From: Candidatus Aminicenantes bacterium
Lineage (GTDB): Bacteria > Acidobacteriota > Aminicenantia > UBA2199
Reading direction: 5' to 3'
Assembly: GCA_018262835.1 (NCBI GenBank)
Contig: JADFDP010000004.1
Span: forward strand, 9,808-73,807
Length of the DNA: 64,000 nt
Shown: piece after piece, positions 39,962 through 48,865 of the stretch
Numbering within the stretch: position 1 is the first letter of the stretch
Layout: every line of letters begins with the position of its first letter
Notes under the pieces: generated by a model
The model's database searches: none
Told to the model about the DNA's origin: nothing
The model's input: the letters and a program-made list of their open reading frames with translations, nothing else
Made by a program: the position numbers and the translations under genes

Positions 39962-40339
39962 ATGAACATGAATAAAGTGCGAAAATCTCTGCTGGCGATG
40001 TGCGGCATGGTTGCGGTCGGACTGGGCGCTGCCGGGATTTTTTTACCCCTCCTGCCCACCACACCCTTCCTGCTGCTTGCCGCCGCCTGCTTTTTCCGCA
40101 GTTCGGACCGCCTGTACAACTGGCTCATCCAACACCGATGTTTCGGCCACTATATCAGGCAATACCGCGAACACCGTGCGATTTCACGCCAGGCCAAGAT
40201 AGCGACCCTGCTTCTGTTGTGGGGGACTCTGGCTTTCTCGGGTCTGGCGGTGCTGGAATCGCCTTGGGGCAGGATCCTGCTTCTGGCGGTCGGCATCGGG
40301 GTCACCCTGCATGTACTGAGCATGAAAACACTAAAATGA
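39962..40339 (+). CDS. YbaN/DUF454 family inner-membrane protein
   Basis: In frame within ORF 39611..40340. FLPLLPTTPFLLLAAACFFRSSDRLYNWL..H..FG.YIRQY is the DUF454 signature. The start could also be ATG 39923. Confidence 0.75.
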   Translation: MNMNKVRKSLLAMCGMVAVGLGAAGIFLPLLPTTPFLLLAAACFFRSSDRLYNWLIQHRCFGHYIRQYREHRAISRQAKIATLLLLWGTLAFSGLAVLESPWGRILLLAVGIGVTLHVLSMKTLK

Positions 40340-40536
40340 AAACCCATTCTGAGGAACAGGCCCTGCGGAAACGGATCGTGGTCAACGACAAGATGCAAAA
40401 AGGATCTGGGTACTGTCTGGGCGAGCCCGTGGGGAAAAACTTCCACCCTAGTTTCAAGCCCGAGCTCACGCCCAGGCAGATGCTGGAACTAGGGGTTTTT
40501 GGCGGCAAATACATGACCGATTGCAGGAAGATCTAG
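40336..40536 (+). pseudogene. 66-codon ORF, possibly the 5' fragment of a longer conserved hypothetical gene
   Basis: MKTHSEEQALRKRIVVNDKMQKGSGYCLGEPVGKNFHPSFKPELTPRQMLELGVFGGKYMTDCRKI*. The ATG overlaps the ybaN stop (ATGA). The sequence ends abruptly and is followed by unrelated AT-rich DNA. Truncation is my inference only. Confidence 0.35.
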
Positions 40537-40585
40537 CTGATTTGAAAAAAGAAACCCATAATAATAGAATTGGAGCGGCAATAAA

Positions 40586-40834
40586 ATGACAGCAGCTGAA
40601 GTAAAATATCTCGACTGGGCATTCCTGATATTGGGGGCCTTGCTCGCTTTCACCGGCTGGCGGGTGATCCGGAAACGCCACACAACGGCCGAATGCCGTG
40701 ACTATGAAGGCAAAGCCGCGGTTCGCCTGGGCTGGTTGTGGCTCATCCTCGGCCTGCTGCTCACCCTGGCCGCGCTGACCGACATCGCCTTCCTGAAGGT
40801 CTTCGCCAAGCTCTTCATGGAAACACCCTCATGA
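40586..40834 (+). CDS. small two-TM membrane protein (hypothetical)
   Basis: 82 aa. GGAG precedes the ATG. The stop overlaps the next start (ATGA). Confidence 0.45.
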   Translation: MTAAEVKYLDWAFLILGALLAFTGWRVIRKRHTTAECRDYEGKAAVRLGWLWLILGLLLTLAALTDIAFLKVFAKLFMETPS

Positions 40835-41808
40835 GCGAGCACCCGGCCCCCACGGCGGGAACCCGCAGGGATCCGCGCGACCTTGTTGGCGATCGCCGGT
40901 CTTTGCCGCCGCGCCTTGCCCTGGCCATCGGCATCGCCGCCGTTTCCTCAGGTTCGATCTTCGTTCGTTTCGCCCAGGCCGACGCCCCCTCCCTCTCCAT
41001 AGCCGCCTACCGTCTTTCCCTGGCCACGCTGTTCCTGCTTCCATTTGCTTTGCTGCATCATCGCCGGGAGCTGCGCGGGTTAAAATTTCCGGAATGGCGA
41101 TGGCTGCTGGCTTCTGGTTTTTTTCTCGCCGTTCATTTTGGGACGTGGATCACTTCATTGGAATATACTTCCGTCGCCAGCTCGGTGGCGCTGGTTTCCA
41201 CGTCGCCGCTATGGGTGGCGCTATTTGCCCGGATCGTTTGGCGAGAGGCCATGACTCCCTTCCTGGCCTTCGGTTTGGGGCTTGCCCTGAGCGGGAGTAT
41301 TGTCATTAGCCTTGCCGAAGCTCGAACTGCCATCTCCTCCCAGCCCTTCCTTGGCAACACCCTGGCCTTACTCGGCGCATTGGCTGTCAGCGGCTATTGG
41401 TTGATCGGACGCCGGCTGCGCCGCCGATTGTCCTTGATCCCCTATGTGACCATAGTATACGGCACCGCGGCCTTGACCTTGCTGGCTGCCGCGTTTCTCA
41501 TTCGCCAACCGTTGACCGGTTTTAAGCCCACGACCTATGGTTGGTTCCTGCTGTTGGCGCTTTTGCCGCAGCTTCTGGGTCACTCGGCTTTCAATTGGGC
41601 ATTGGCCCATCTCCCGGCCGCTTACATCGCCATCGCTACTCTGGGGGAGCCGATCGGGGCTGCGATTCTGGCATTTCTTTTTCTGAGTGAAACTCCCTCC
41701 CTGTTGAAATTGACAGCGGCCGCGCTGATATTGGCCGGGATATGGCTGGCCTTGCGGCAGAAACCTGCCAAAAGCGAAAATCTATACCCGCCAACTCCGA
41801 CAACATAG
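40831..41808 (+). CDS. EamA/DMT-family transporter
   Basis: ORF 40738..41808, trimmed to MSEHPAP (ATG 40831). Ten TM segments in two EamA halves. Confidence 0.8.
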   Translation: MSEHPAPTAGTRRDPRDLVGDRRSLPPRLALAIGIAAVSSGSIFVRFAQADAPSLSIAAYRLSLATLFLLPFALLHHRRELRGLKFPEWRWLLASGFFLAVHFGTWITSLEYTSVASSVALVSTSPLWVALFARIVWREAMTPFLAFGLGLALSGSIVISLAEARTAISSQPFLGNTLALLGALAVSGYWLIGRRLRRRLSLIPYVTIVYGTAALTLLAAAFLIRQPLTGFKPTTYGWFLLLALLPQLLGHSAFNWALAHLPAAYIAIATLGEPIGAAILAFLFLSETPSLLKLTAAALILAGIWLALRQKPAKSENLYPPTPTT

Positions 41809-41882
41809 TCGCCAGCGCCTTTTGTTCCACTCTGGACTTTGGCCTGGCAATCCGCTACAATTCACACTGGCAAGGAGGACGC

Positions 41883-42404
41883 ATGAAAATCCTGGTCGCC
41901 TACTATTCACAAACCGGCAACACCCGCAAGGTCGCCGAGGCGATATTTGCGGGCATCCGGCACACCCAGAAAACCCTGCTGCCCATCGATCAGGTGCTTG
42001 ACATAGACCAATACGATCTAATTTTCTGCGGCTTCCCGGTCCAGCACCACGGCGTTCCCGCCAGGATGGTCCATTTCCTGCAGGCCATCCCCCAAGGGAA
42101 AAAGCTGGCCATTTTTGCCACTCATGGATCTTTGCGCGGCGGTGAAAAAGCCGTTACTGCTTTTTACAGCGCACTTAGTTTATCCAGCGGCCGGACCGTT
42201 TTAGGCACATTCGGCTGCCGCGGCCAGGTGAAATTCGAACAGCTTGATGAATGGATGGAAAAGCCTCACGAACGGGCCTGGGCCATGGAAGCCCAGAGCG
42301 CCAACGGCCATCCCGACCAGTCCGACCTGGAAGACGCGCAAGCATTCGCCGACTTGATGCTGCATTCGGCCGAACATATTTATTCGGCTGGCAAAAAAAT
42401 CTGA
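41883..42404 (+). CDS. flavodoxin-family protein
   Basis: ORF 41742..42404, trimmed to MKILVAYYSQTGNTRKVAE (FMN phosphate loop). AAGGAGG lies upstream. Confidence 0.8.
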   Translation: MKILVAYYSQTGNTRKVAEAIFAGIRHTQKTLLPIDQVLDIDQYDLIFCGFPVQHHGVPARMVHFLQAIPQGKKLAIFATHGSLRGGEKAVTAFYSALSLSSGRTVLGTFGCRGQVKFEQLDEWMEKPHERAWAMEAQSANGHPDQSDLEDAQAFADLMLHSAEHIYSAGKKI

Positions 42405-42458
42405 ATTCTCTGACCTGGCCATGAAATCATTTCTTCATTTTCCGGCAACAAGATAAAA

Positions 42459-43130
42459 ATGCCAAACCTGAACCCGGAAAACACGATGGCGCCCGCCAAC
42501 GGCGAAAAACGGAAACCTTCGATTGCCGCCCGGCTGCGGTCCTCCGCCCTGGCCCTGGTCGTCGCCAACCTGGCGCCCCTGTACGGAGTCCTGGGCTTGG
42601 GCTGGAAAGTGGCGCCCATCTTGGTTTTCTACTGGATGGAAAACCTGGTGGTCGGTTTTTTCAATGTGTTGAAAATGTCCCGCGCCCAAGGTCCGGTCGG
42701 CGACACGCACATGATCCTCAACGGCAAGCGGGTGACGGGGAATTCCAGGAAAAGCCTGATCCGTTTCTTCATCTTTCACTACGGGATATTCACCTTTGGC
42801 CACCTGATCTTTGTAATGGCCCTGTTCAGCCCCGACCGGAAAGACTTGTTTGCCGAACTGGGGATGGCGCTCCTAGCGCTATCCGCCAGCCATGGCTATT
42901 CGTACCGGCACAACTTCATCGGCCGAGGCGAGTATCTCAACGCCTCGTTCGCCCGGCTCTTTTTCCAGCCCTACAAGCGGATGTTCGCCATGCATTTAAC
43001 CATCATCGTGTGCGGTGTTCAGGTCCAATCCCATGGCGAGCCTTTGGGCGCCCTGCTGGTCCTGGTGGCGCTCAAAACACTGATTGACCTTGTTTCACAT
43101 TGGCTTGAGCATAAAAAGCATGCCAGTTAG
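42459..43130 (+). CDS. polytopic membrane protein (DUF6498-like)
   Basis: LVVANLAPLYGVLGLGWKVAPILVFYWMENLVVGFFNVLKM resembles that family. The call is from memory only. Confidence 0.5.
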   Translation: MPNLNPENTMAPANGEKRKPSIAARLRSSALALVVANLAPLYGVLGLGWKVAPILVFYWMENLVVGFFNVLKMSRAQGPVGDTHMILNGKRVTGNSRKSLIRFFIFHYGIFTFGHLIFVMALFSPDRKDLFAELGMALLALSASHGYSYRHNFIGRGEYLNASFARLFFQPYKRMFAMHLTIIVCGVQVQSHGEPLGALLVLVALKTLIDLVSHWLEHKKHAS

Positions 43131-43177
43131 AATCACTTTCAGAATCATGAATCTATCGACTTTCAGCGAGGTTGCCC

Positions 43178-43594
43178 ATGCCAAAGTATCGCTTTAAACT
43201 CGACTTCAAGGTCCGCGATTACGAGTGCGACATGCAGGGTATCGTCAACAACGCCATCTATCAGAACTACCTGGAGCATTGCCGCCATGAATTCCTGCAG
43301 TCGGTCGGCATCGATTTCAAACGGCTCGCCCAAGAAAAGACTTTTTTGGTGGTGGTACGGGCAGAGCTTGATTACAAGGCCCCATTGCGCGGCGGCGACG
43401 TTTTCTGGATTGGCCTGAACCTGGAGCGGGTCTCGCCTATAAGATTTGCTTTTTTACAGGACATCTTCTGCTATCCGGACCAAAGGCTTGTTCTATCAGC
43501 CCGGACCATCGGCACGGCGCTGAATGAAAAAAGGCGCCCTTTTTTGCCGCCGGAATTCGCCAACCTACTTGGCCCGCCCAAAATACCGCTTTAA
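43178..43594 (+). CDS. YbgC/FadM-type acyl-CoA thioesterase (hotdog fold)
   Basis: KVRDYECDMQGIVNNAIYQNYLEHCRHEFL (catalytic Asp context). 138 aa. Confidence 0.85.
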   Translation: MPKYRFKLDFKVRDYECDMQGIVNNAIYQNYLEHCRHEFLQSVGIDFKRLAQEKTFLVVVRAELDYKAPLRGGDVFWIGLNLERVSPIRFAFLQDIFCYPDQRLVLSARTIGTALNEKRRPFLPPEFANLLGPPKIPL

Positions 43595-43658
43595 AAACCG
43601 AGACATGATCAGCAGAACATCTCCGGGCTTTTGCAGGGTGAATTCACAACCGCGGCTA

Positions 43659-43687
43659 TTGACAAAAACGGCAATATCGATTATCCT
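43659..43687 (+). promoter_or_regulatory. promoter TTGACA-17-TATCCT for the tRNA-Gly/tRNA-Cys pair
   Basis: Hexamers at 43659-43664 and 43682-43687. The tRNA 5' end is 11 nt downstream. Confidence 0.5.
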
Positions 43688-43698
43688 TTAGGCCAAGA

Positions 43699-43773
43699 GC
43701 GGGAATAGCTCAATGGTAGAGCGCAACCTTGCCAAGGTTGATGTTGCGGGTTCAAATCCCGTTTCCCGCTCCA
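43699..43773 (+). tRNA. tRNA-Gly (anticodon GCC), CCA encoded
   Basis: Acceptor GCGGGAA/TTCCCGC, anticodon stem CAACC/GGTTG, loop TTGCCAA, T-loop TTCAAAT, then T-CCA. Confidence 0.92.
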
Positions 43774-43775
43774 TT

Positions 43776-43847
43776 GGCGGCGTAGCCAAGTGGTAAGGCA
43801 GCGCTCTGCAAAAGCGCTATTCATCGGTTCAAATCCGGTCGCCGCCT
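43776..43847 (+). tRNA. tRNA-Cys (anticodon GCA)
   Basis: Acceptor GGCGGCG/CGCCGCC, anticodon stem GCGCT/AGCGC, loop CTGCAAA, T-loop TTCAAAT. It starts 2 nt after the tRNA-Gly CCA. No encoded CCA. Confidence 0.9.
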
Positions 43848-43851
43848 TGTT

Positions 43852-45264
43852 TTAATCCGTCAACAACTCAATCGTATCCGGTTTTAAAATTTTCAGGTTA
43901 TTCAAGATGAGCGCCGCATTGCCGATCAAAACCACGACTCCTTTTTCTTTGCCGCCGCTCTTGTGCCTGTTTCCCATCTGCTCATCCATTACCTGCACCA
44001 CTCGGTTGATGCTCACTTCCTGAAAAAGTTCCGTCCCTATGCGCGCAGGAAGCGAACCAGACGACTTGGCGTGGAAACGGTCGATTTCCCCCTGCAAGCC
44101 AAAATCAAAACGGTTGGTGTCGATCTGGGCCCGGCCGATATAAAAATTCAAGGCATCAAGGTATTCTTTTCTTTCAATAGGCTGGACGGCGAATTTTCTC
44201 CTTTCCTGGTCTACCAGCAAAAGAAAATTTTCCAGGTCATTGTAATTCAAGCGCAAATAATTGCAGAAAATGGTGAAGTTTTTCAAGAAATAGGCTTCGG
44301 TATTGACCTTGTACCCGGCCATCAAAAATTGATTCTTTTCGGATTTGTAAATCCGCCCTCCCGGAAAACCGAACAGGGTGAAATTGCCGATAAAATACGG
44401 CAGGTAATTGGCCTCGGTTACGGCCGGGGCCGTATCGAACCAATAGATCGCAGGCAGCTCAGGGGAATTGACATTCAGCACAAAGACCTTGCGGCTGGCA
44501 TTAATGGTAATTTCCTCTTTTTTGGCTTTTGCCGGTTGCGGGGACGGTTGCGGCAAATCTTTTTCAATCATTCCCAGAATAAAATAGGGATTAATCTTGC
44601 CTTTAATGATCAGAATGGCATTATCCGGTCGAAAGGTTTTCAAAAGAAACGAACGCAACTGGGCCAAGTTGATTTTATTGACGAATTCCTGGAACAAAAG
44701 TCCCTTGAAATAAAAATTGCCGACAATCTGCTGGTAGGCCAGTAAAAAAGCCATTTCCTTTCTCCAATCTTTGTTTTTGGAGTACAAAGACCAGAAATTT
44801 TCCCTGCTTTGGTTGAATTTCTTCAGATGAAAGGATTGGTAGTAAAAAATTTCTTTAAGCAGCTTTGGAAAAGCCGCCAGGCGGTCAGGGAGGAAATTCA
44901 TGCTGATTTTTATATATTCGGGGTTTTGTTCGACTTGATAATCGTTGCCCTGCCTTTGCAGCATGCCCAGCAAATTGGAAGGCGGCGAATTCAATTCCCG
45001 GACAAACATATTCATGACCGTCAGCTGCGAGATGGCCCAAGAGGTATAATTTTGCGCGTTGCCTTCCAGAAAAATATGCAACTGGGCATGAATGAATGGC
45101 ATGTTATTGTCCTGCAAAACCTTGACGGTCAACCCCTTGGATGTCGTGAAAGAAAACAACCGCGTTTCGGCAAACAACTCCCGCCCGGCCCCAAGAAGCA
45201 GCAAGATCCCGCCCAGAATCCAGAATAGGCAGCGGTTGGAACTATTTCTCTTCGGCATAAACAT
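43852..45264 (-). CDS. M16 (pitrilysin)-family homologue without a zinc-binding motif, secreted
   Basis: 470 aa with a signal/anchor-like N-terminus. M16-type layout (...LRSFLLKTFRPDNAILIIKGKINP...). No HxxEH anywhere in the sequence. Confidence 0.7.
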   Translation of the reverse strand: MFMPKRNSSNRCLFWILGGILLLLGAGRELFAETRLFSFTTSKGLTVKVLQDNNMPFIHAQLHIFLEGNAQNYTSWAISQLTVMNMFVRELNSPPSNLLGMLQRQGNDYQVEQNPEYIKISMNFLPDRLAAFPKLLKEIFYYQSFHLKKFNQSRENFWSLYSKNKDWRKEMAFLLAYQQIVGNFYFKGLLFQEFVNKINLAQLRSFLLKTFRPDNAILIIKGKINPYFILGMIEKDLPQPSPQPAKAKKEEITINASRKVFVLNVNSPELPAIYWFDTAPAVTEANYLPYFIGNFTLFGFPGGRIYKSEKNQFLMAGYKVNTEAYFLKNFTIFCNYLRLNYNDLENFLLLVDQERRKFAVQPIERKEYLDALNFYIGRAQIDTNRFDFGLQGEIDRFHAKSSGSLPARIGTELFQEVSINRVVQVMDEQMGNRHKSGGKEKGVVVLIGNAALILNNLKILKPDTIELLTD

Positions 45265-46564
45265 TCAAAACAACCTGGTTTTCTTTTAAAAAATATTTTT
45301 TCGCGCTCTCCAGGATATCATAGGAAGTGATTTTGCGCAGTCTTTTAAGTTGCGCGTCAAAAAAATTCAGCTCGCTGAACATGTGATAGAACTCGCCGAT
45401 GCGCAGACACCTTTCCTCCAACTGGGCCATACTTTTCAAGAAATCAATTTCCATCAAGGAACGGATGGATTTCACATCGCTGTTGCTGATCAGGTTCGTG
45501 CTCAGGGCCTGAAACTCTTTTTCCATAACGTATTTGGCTTTTTCGAGGTTGATGCGCTTGGGGCTGGAGATTTCAATGGTCAGGCAATTGGCCTCCATGT
45601 AGTCGGTAAAACTGCTCTCGATTTCAACATTCAATTTGTTCACGGTATTGAGAAAATAATCCAGCCTGGCAAAGCGCGGATCAGTCAGATAATAGCGCAA
45701 AAAATCGAAATATATGAAATTGTAGCTGATTTTGGCCGGAGATTTTATTCCGTAAACAACAAAATTCTTTTTCAAGCCCGGAATCAGCCAATTTTTAACC
45801 TGATAGGCTTTCCCCTGGTTCTGGACTCCGAAGACCGGATTCTGCTGCCTGCGGCCCGGCGGGATGTCTTGGAAAAATTTATTGATCCCGGCCTTCAACT
45901 CGTTAATATCGAATTTCCCTGCAATGATCAGGAGAATATTGGCCAGATTCTGAAAGTTTTGATAATTTTCCCTTATGCGGTCATTGTTTAAAAAGCGGAT
46001 TTTATTCAAGTCGCCATAAAGAGGGTATTCATATGCCGACCCTTCAAAAACCTTGGCATTCACCCAGGTCTGGGCTTTGAAGTTCTGGTTGGATTCCCAC
46101 AGCCGGTTGATGCGGCCGTATATCTGGTTTTTATGATAATCGATATTGCGATCCTGCAAGCGCAGGCTCTTCAAGCGTTCGCTTTCCAGCCAGAGCGCCA
46201 CGTTGATCTCCTGAGCCGGGAGCAACTCATAAAAAAAAGAATTGTCGTAATTTACCCGGCCACTGACCGTGCCGCCCATTTTGTTGATGAACAGGACATG
46301 GTCGTAAGGTTCGAGATTCTCGTTGCCGTCAAACATCAGGTATTGATACAAATAGTTTATCCCACGGCTTTCGGGCGGGTCGTTCCGGACTCCACGCATA
46401 TGATACACGCAGACCGCAGCCGCCTGCATATCATTGCTGGGCGAAAGGATCACCTTCAAGCCATTGGGAAGCTCAAACGAATTTACAGCGATGGTTTGCG
46501 CAAATACGGAAAGAAACGGAAAAATCACGAGACAACAAAAGATCCGTGCTTTGGTCACTCGCAT
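45242..46564 (-). CDS. M16-family homologue with degenerate active site (HxxEH replaced by YLYQY), secreted
   Basis: 440 aa with signal peptide ...LSVFAQT. ELPNGLKVIL...RGINYLYQYLMFDGNENL aligns to the GlaHflEHmlFkGT motif with all three catalytic/ligand residues substituted. Confidence 0.75.
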   Translation of the reverse strand: MRVTKARIFCCLVIFPFLSVFAQTIAVNSFELPNGLKVILSPSNDMQAAAVCVYHMRGVRNDPPESRGINYLYQYLMFDGNENLEPYDHVLFINKMGGTVSGRVNYDNSFFYELLPAQEINVALWLESERLKSLRLQDRNIDYHKNQIYGRINRLWESNQNFKAQTWVNAKVFEGSAYEYPLYGDLNKIRFLNNDRIRENYQNFQNLANILLIIAGKFDINELKAGINKFFQDIPPGRRQQNPVFGVQNQGKAYQVKNWLIPGLKKNFVVYGIKSPAKISYNFIYFDFLRYYLTDPRFARLDYFLNTVNKLNVEIESSFTDYMEANCLTIEISSPKRINLEKAKYVMEKEFQALSTNLISNSDVKSIRSLMEIDFLKSMAQLEERCLRIGEFYHMFSELNFFDAQLKRLRKITSYDILESAKKYFLKENQVVLNVYAEEK

Positions 46565-46626
46565 ATTTTACCGGGGAACGGAATTTTAGTCAAATGAACG
46601 CATTTTTCGCCGGCCTAAAAATAAAC

Positions 46627-46656
46627 TTGACATTGGCGGAAGTTTTTAATTATAAT
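46627..46656 (+). promoter_or_regulatory. promoter TTGACA-18-TATAAT for the TPR gene
   Basis: Hexamers at 46627-46632 and 46651-46656. The leader carries GGAGGG before ATG 46693. Confidence 0.5.
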
Positions 46657-46692
46657 TACTCCTAAATTCAAAGAAAGTGGAGGGCAAAAGTA

Positions 46693-47757
46693 ATGAAAAA
46701 AATCGCCATTCTGATTTTTATGCTTATCACTGTCAGCCTGTCCGGGCTGCTCCCCATGGATAAAGAACAGACCGATGCCTGGATCGCCCTGGTAGGCGAA
46801 AAAGACATGCAGATCAAAATGCAAAAACTCGAAGCCTATTTCAATAAATACGGCAGTTCCCAAGACCGAAACTCAATGTACATGTACCTGCATCTTGCCG
46901 AAACCACCTATCAGCTGCAGCAATATGATAAAACCATCCAATTCGGTGAAAAAGCACTGACCTACCAGGAGATCGAGACCAGCTACAAGCTGCGCCTATA
47001 TCTTTTCCTGGCCAATGCCTACAACCTGACAAAAAAGGACCTGGACAAGGCTTATGGTTACACCGAACAGATTATTGAACTCGCCGATAAAATGCGCAAC
47101 ACAACCGAAAACAACTCCCTCATCGACAACAATTACACCGCCCCGGCCCTGCGTATCCAAGTGCAATTGCTGGCTGCCAAGCAGGACCCCCAGAACGCCA
47201 TGAAAGCCTTCAACAAGGCGCTCGAGGCATACCAATTGGATAAATCCGACAAATCGGCCAATTTCGTTCTGGCCTTAAGCGAGCGCATGCTCAAAAACGA
47301 CAAGGTGGAAGACGCCATTCGTGGTGTCGAAGCCGTCAACCAGAACAAGCCCAATGCGGATTACTATAAAACGCTTGGCAAGTGGTACAACCAGATCAAG
47401 AACATGCCCAAGGCCATCGAGAACTTCAAGGCCTCTTACGTGTTGAAGAAGAACGCGCAGGTAGCTTACAACCTGGGGATCCTGCTCAACCAGAACCAGG
47501 AGCTTGACGCCGCCATCGAATACCTGGCCGAGTCTTACTTGCTGAATGAGAAAAACGGCACTACCGCCCCGGAAACGGAGACGCCGACCCAAGACCCAGG
47601 GGCTGCCGCCAAGGAGACGAGATCTCTGGCCCAAAAATTACTGGAGCATCTCGTTTTTTTCGAGAAGACCAAGGGGCAGCCGCAGGCCGACCAGTTGAAA
47701 TTCTATAATGAGATACTGACCGCGGCCAAGGCCCGGCTGGGCATCACGCTGCCCTGA
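46693..47757 (+). CDS. secreted tetratricopeptide-repeat protein
   Basis: Signal-like N-terminus with several 34-residue A/Y/L-patterned repeats (e.g. ...AIENFKASYVLKKNAQVAYNLGILLNQNQELDAAIEYLAESY...). Confidence 0.7.
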   Translation: MKKIAILIFMLITVSLSGLLPMDKEQTDAWIALVGEKDMQIKMQKLEAYFNKYGSSQDRNSMYMYLHLAETTYQLQQYDKTIQFGEKALTYQEIETSYKLRLYLFLANAYNLTKKDLDKAYGYTEQIIELADKMRNTTENNSLIDNNYTAPALRIQVQLLAAKQDPQNAMKAFNKALEAYQLDKSDKSANFVLALSERMLKNDKVEDAIRGVEAVNQNKPNADYYKTLGKWYNQIKNMPKAIENFKASYVLKKNAQVAYNLGILLNQNQELDAAIEYLAESYLLNEKNGTTAPETETPTQDPGAAAKETRSLAQKLLEHLVFFEKTKGQPQADQLKFYNEILTAAKARLGITLP

Positions 47758-48801
47758 TCAGGCGCCGAGCAAGATCTGTCTTTTGTTTCCCACCCGCTTC
47801 GTGATGTTCTGCCCATCCCAATATTCAAACAAGACGATGAGATATTTCCTGCTGTAGGACGTGATGGTGCGCAGGTCATCAAAAGTCAAAATATCGCCCT
47901 GATTGCGCTTGAATTTTTTCAAGCGGTTGATAATCTTATTGTATTCATCGCTGAAGATAAAGTGCCTTTCATCCAACTGCAGGAATTTTTGCTCATCGAG
48001 CATGTACCACAATGAATCGTTGATCTGCTTGAGAGAATAATCCGTATTCTTCTGTACATTTTCAATGGTAAATACCAACAATTTACCGGCCTTCAAGGTC
48101 TTTTCAATTTCGGCCATGCGCGTCTTTTCTTCGGCATTCAGCGGCAATTTGGAAAAAATCAGGGCGTTGGACAACACTTTGCAGGGAAATTCCTGGCTGC
48201 ATTTTTTCAACAGGTATTTGAAAAAAACGGTTTCCTGGGGGATTTTGACCGTTTTTTCCAGCTGACTGAATTTCAAAGTTCTTTCCCTGCCTTCATACGC
48301 TTTTCGCAGACCGCTTTCCATGGCGGCCAGGTTCTGCAAAAAATGATCCCAGGAGGTGACGAACAAATAGTTGAGATTGATGACCTTCAGCTGCCTGGCA
48401 AGCTCCAATTCGGTCAAAACCTCAGCCACCTCGCGTCTTTCCAGGGAAAAAAAGTAAAGCAGGCCCTCTACTTCCAGAAAATTTTCCACGGTCAGCAAGG
48501 CCGGGATGATCGCCCGGAAGGTATTATCACAAACCGTGCGCAGGATTTCCGCCATCTTTTTCAGTTTTCTCTGGTTGTATTGCGACAGAACCGGCAAAAG
48601 CACAACAAAATGGCTTTTGGTGTTTTTAAAATCTATTTCCTGCCGGAAACTGAATTCGACCTGGTTCTTGAAATGGGCCGCGAAAATATCATCACTTATT
48701 TTGTTGAAGCTCGCCGCAACGCTTTTGCCCGCGATCTGGACATTGCCCGAGAAACTTTCCTGGGAATGGGAAAACCTGACAAAATAGGCGTTGAATCTCA
48801 T
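47758..48801 (-). CDS. SelB C-terminal (winged-helix) homologue lacking any GTPase domain
   Basis: 347 aa. The C-terminus ILTFDDLRTITSYSRKYLIVLFEYWDGQNITKRVGNKRQIL matches the last SelB winged helix (..sRKyaipLLEylD....T.RvGd.R.l). Upstream segments look like further WH repeats. No G1-G4 motifs are present. Confidence 0.6.
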   Translation of the reverse strand: MRFNAYFVRFSHSQESFSGNVQIAGKSVAASFNKISDDIFAAHFKNQVEFSFRQEIDFKNTKSHFVVLLPVLSQYNQRKLKKMAEILRTVCDNTFRAIIPALLTVENFLEVEGLLYFFSLERREVAEVLTELELARQLKVINLNYLFVTSWDHFLQNLAAMESGLRKAYEGRERTLKFSQLEKTVKIPQETVFFKYLLKKCSQEFPCKVLSNALIFSKLPLNAEEKTRMAEIEKTLKAGKLLVFTIENVQKNTDYSLKQINDSLWYMLDEQKFLQLDERHFIFSDEYNKIINRLKKFKRNQGDILTFDDLRTITSYSRKYLIVLFEYWDGQNITKRVGNKRQILLGA

Positions 48802-48865
48802 ATTGTTTTAATTTTGTCCGCAAGACATTGGCTGCGGCATTGGCAAAAAATCTTCTCCGGCCGAA

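Noticed and set aside
46552-46600. TTGACT-17-TAAAAT box abutting the ATG of the upstream M16 homologue as another leaderless promoter
   Set aside because: The -10 touches the ATG, so transcription would start inside the ORF. That would require a GTG two codons downstream as the real start, which is too speculative to count.
48802-48865. CCGGC-N7-GCCGG hairpin plus T6 after the GT2 stop as a terminator separating GT2 from the SelB-like gene
   Set aside because: The stem is only 5 bp, and the T-run is 6 nt away from it. I cannot decide between read-through and termination from sequence alone.
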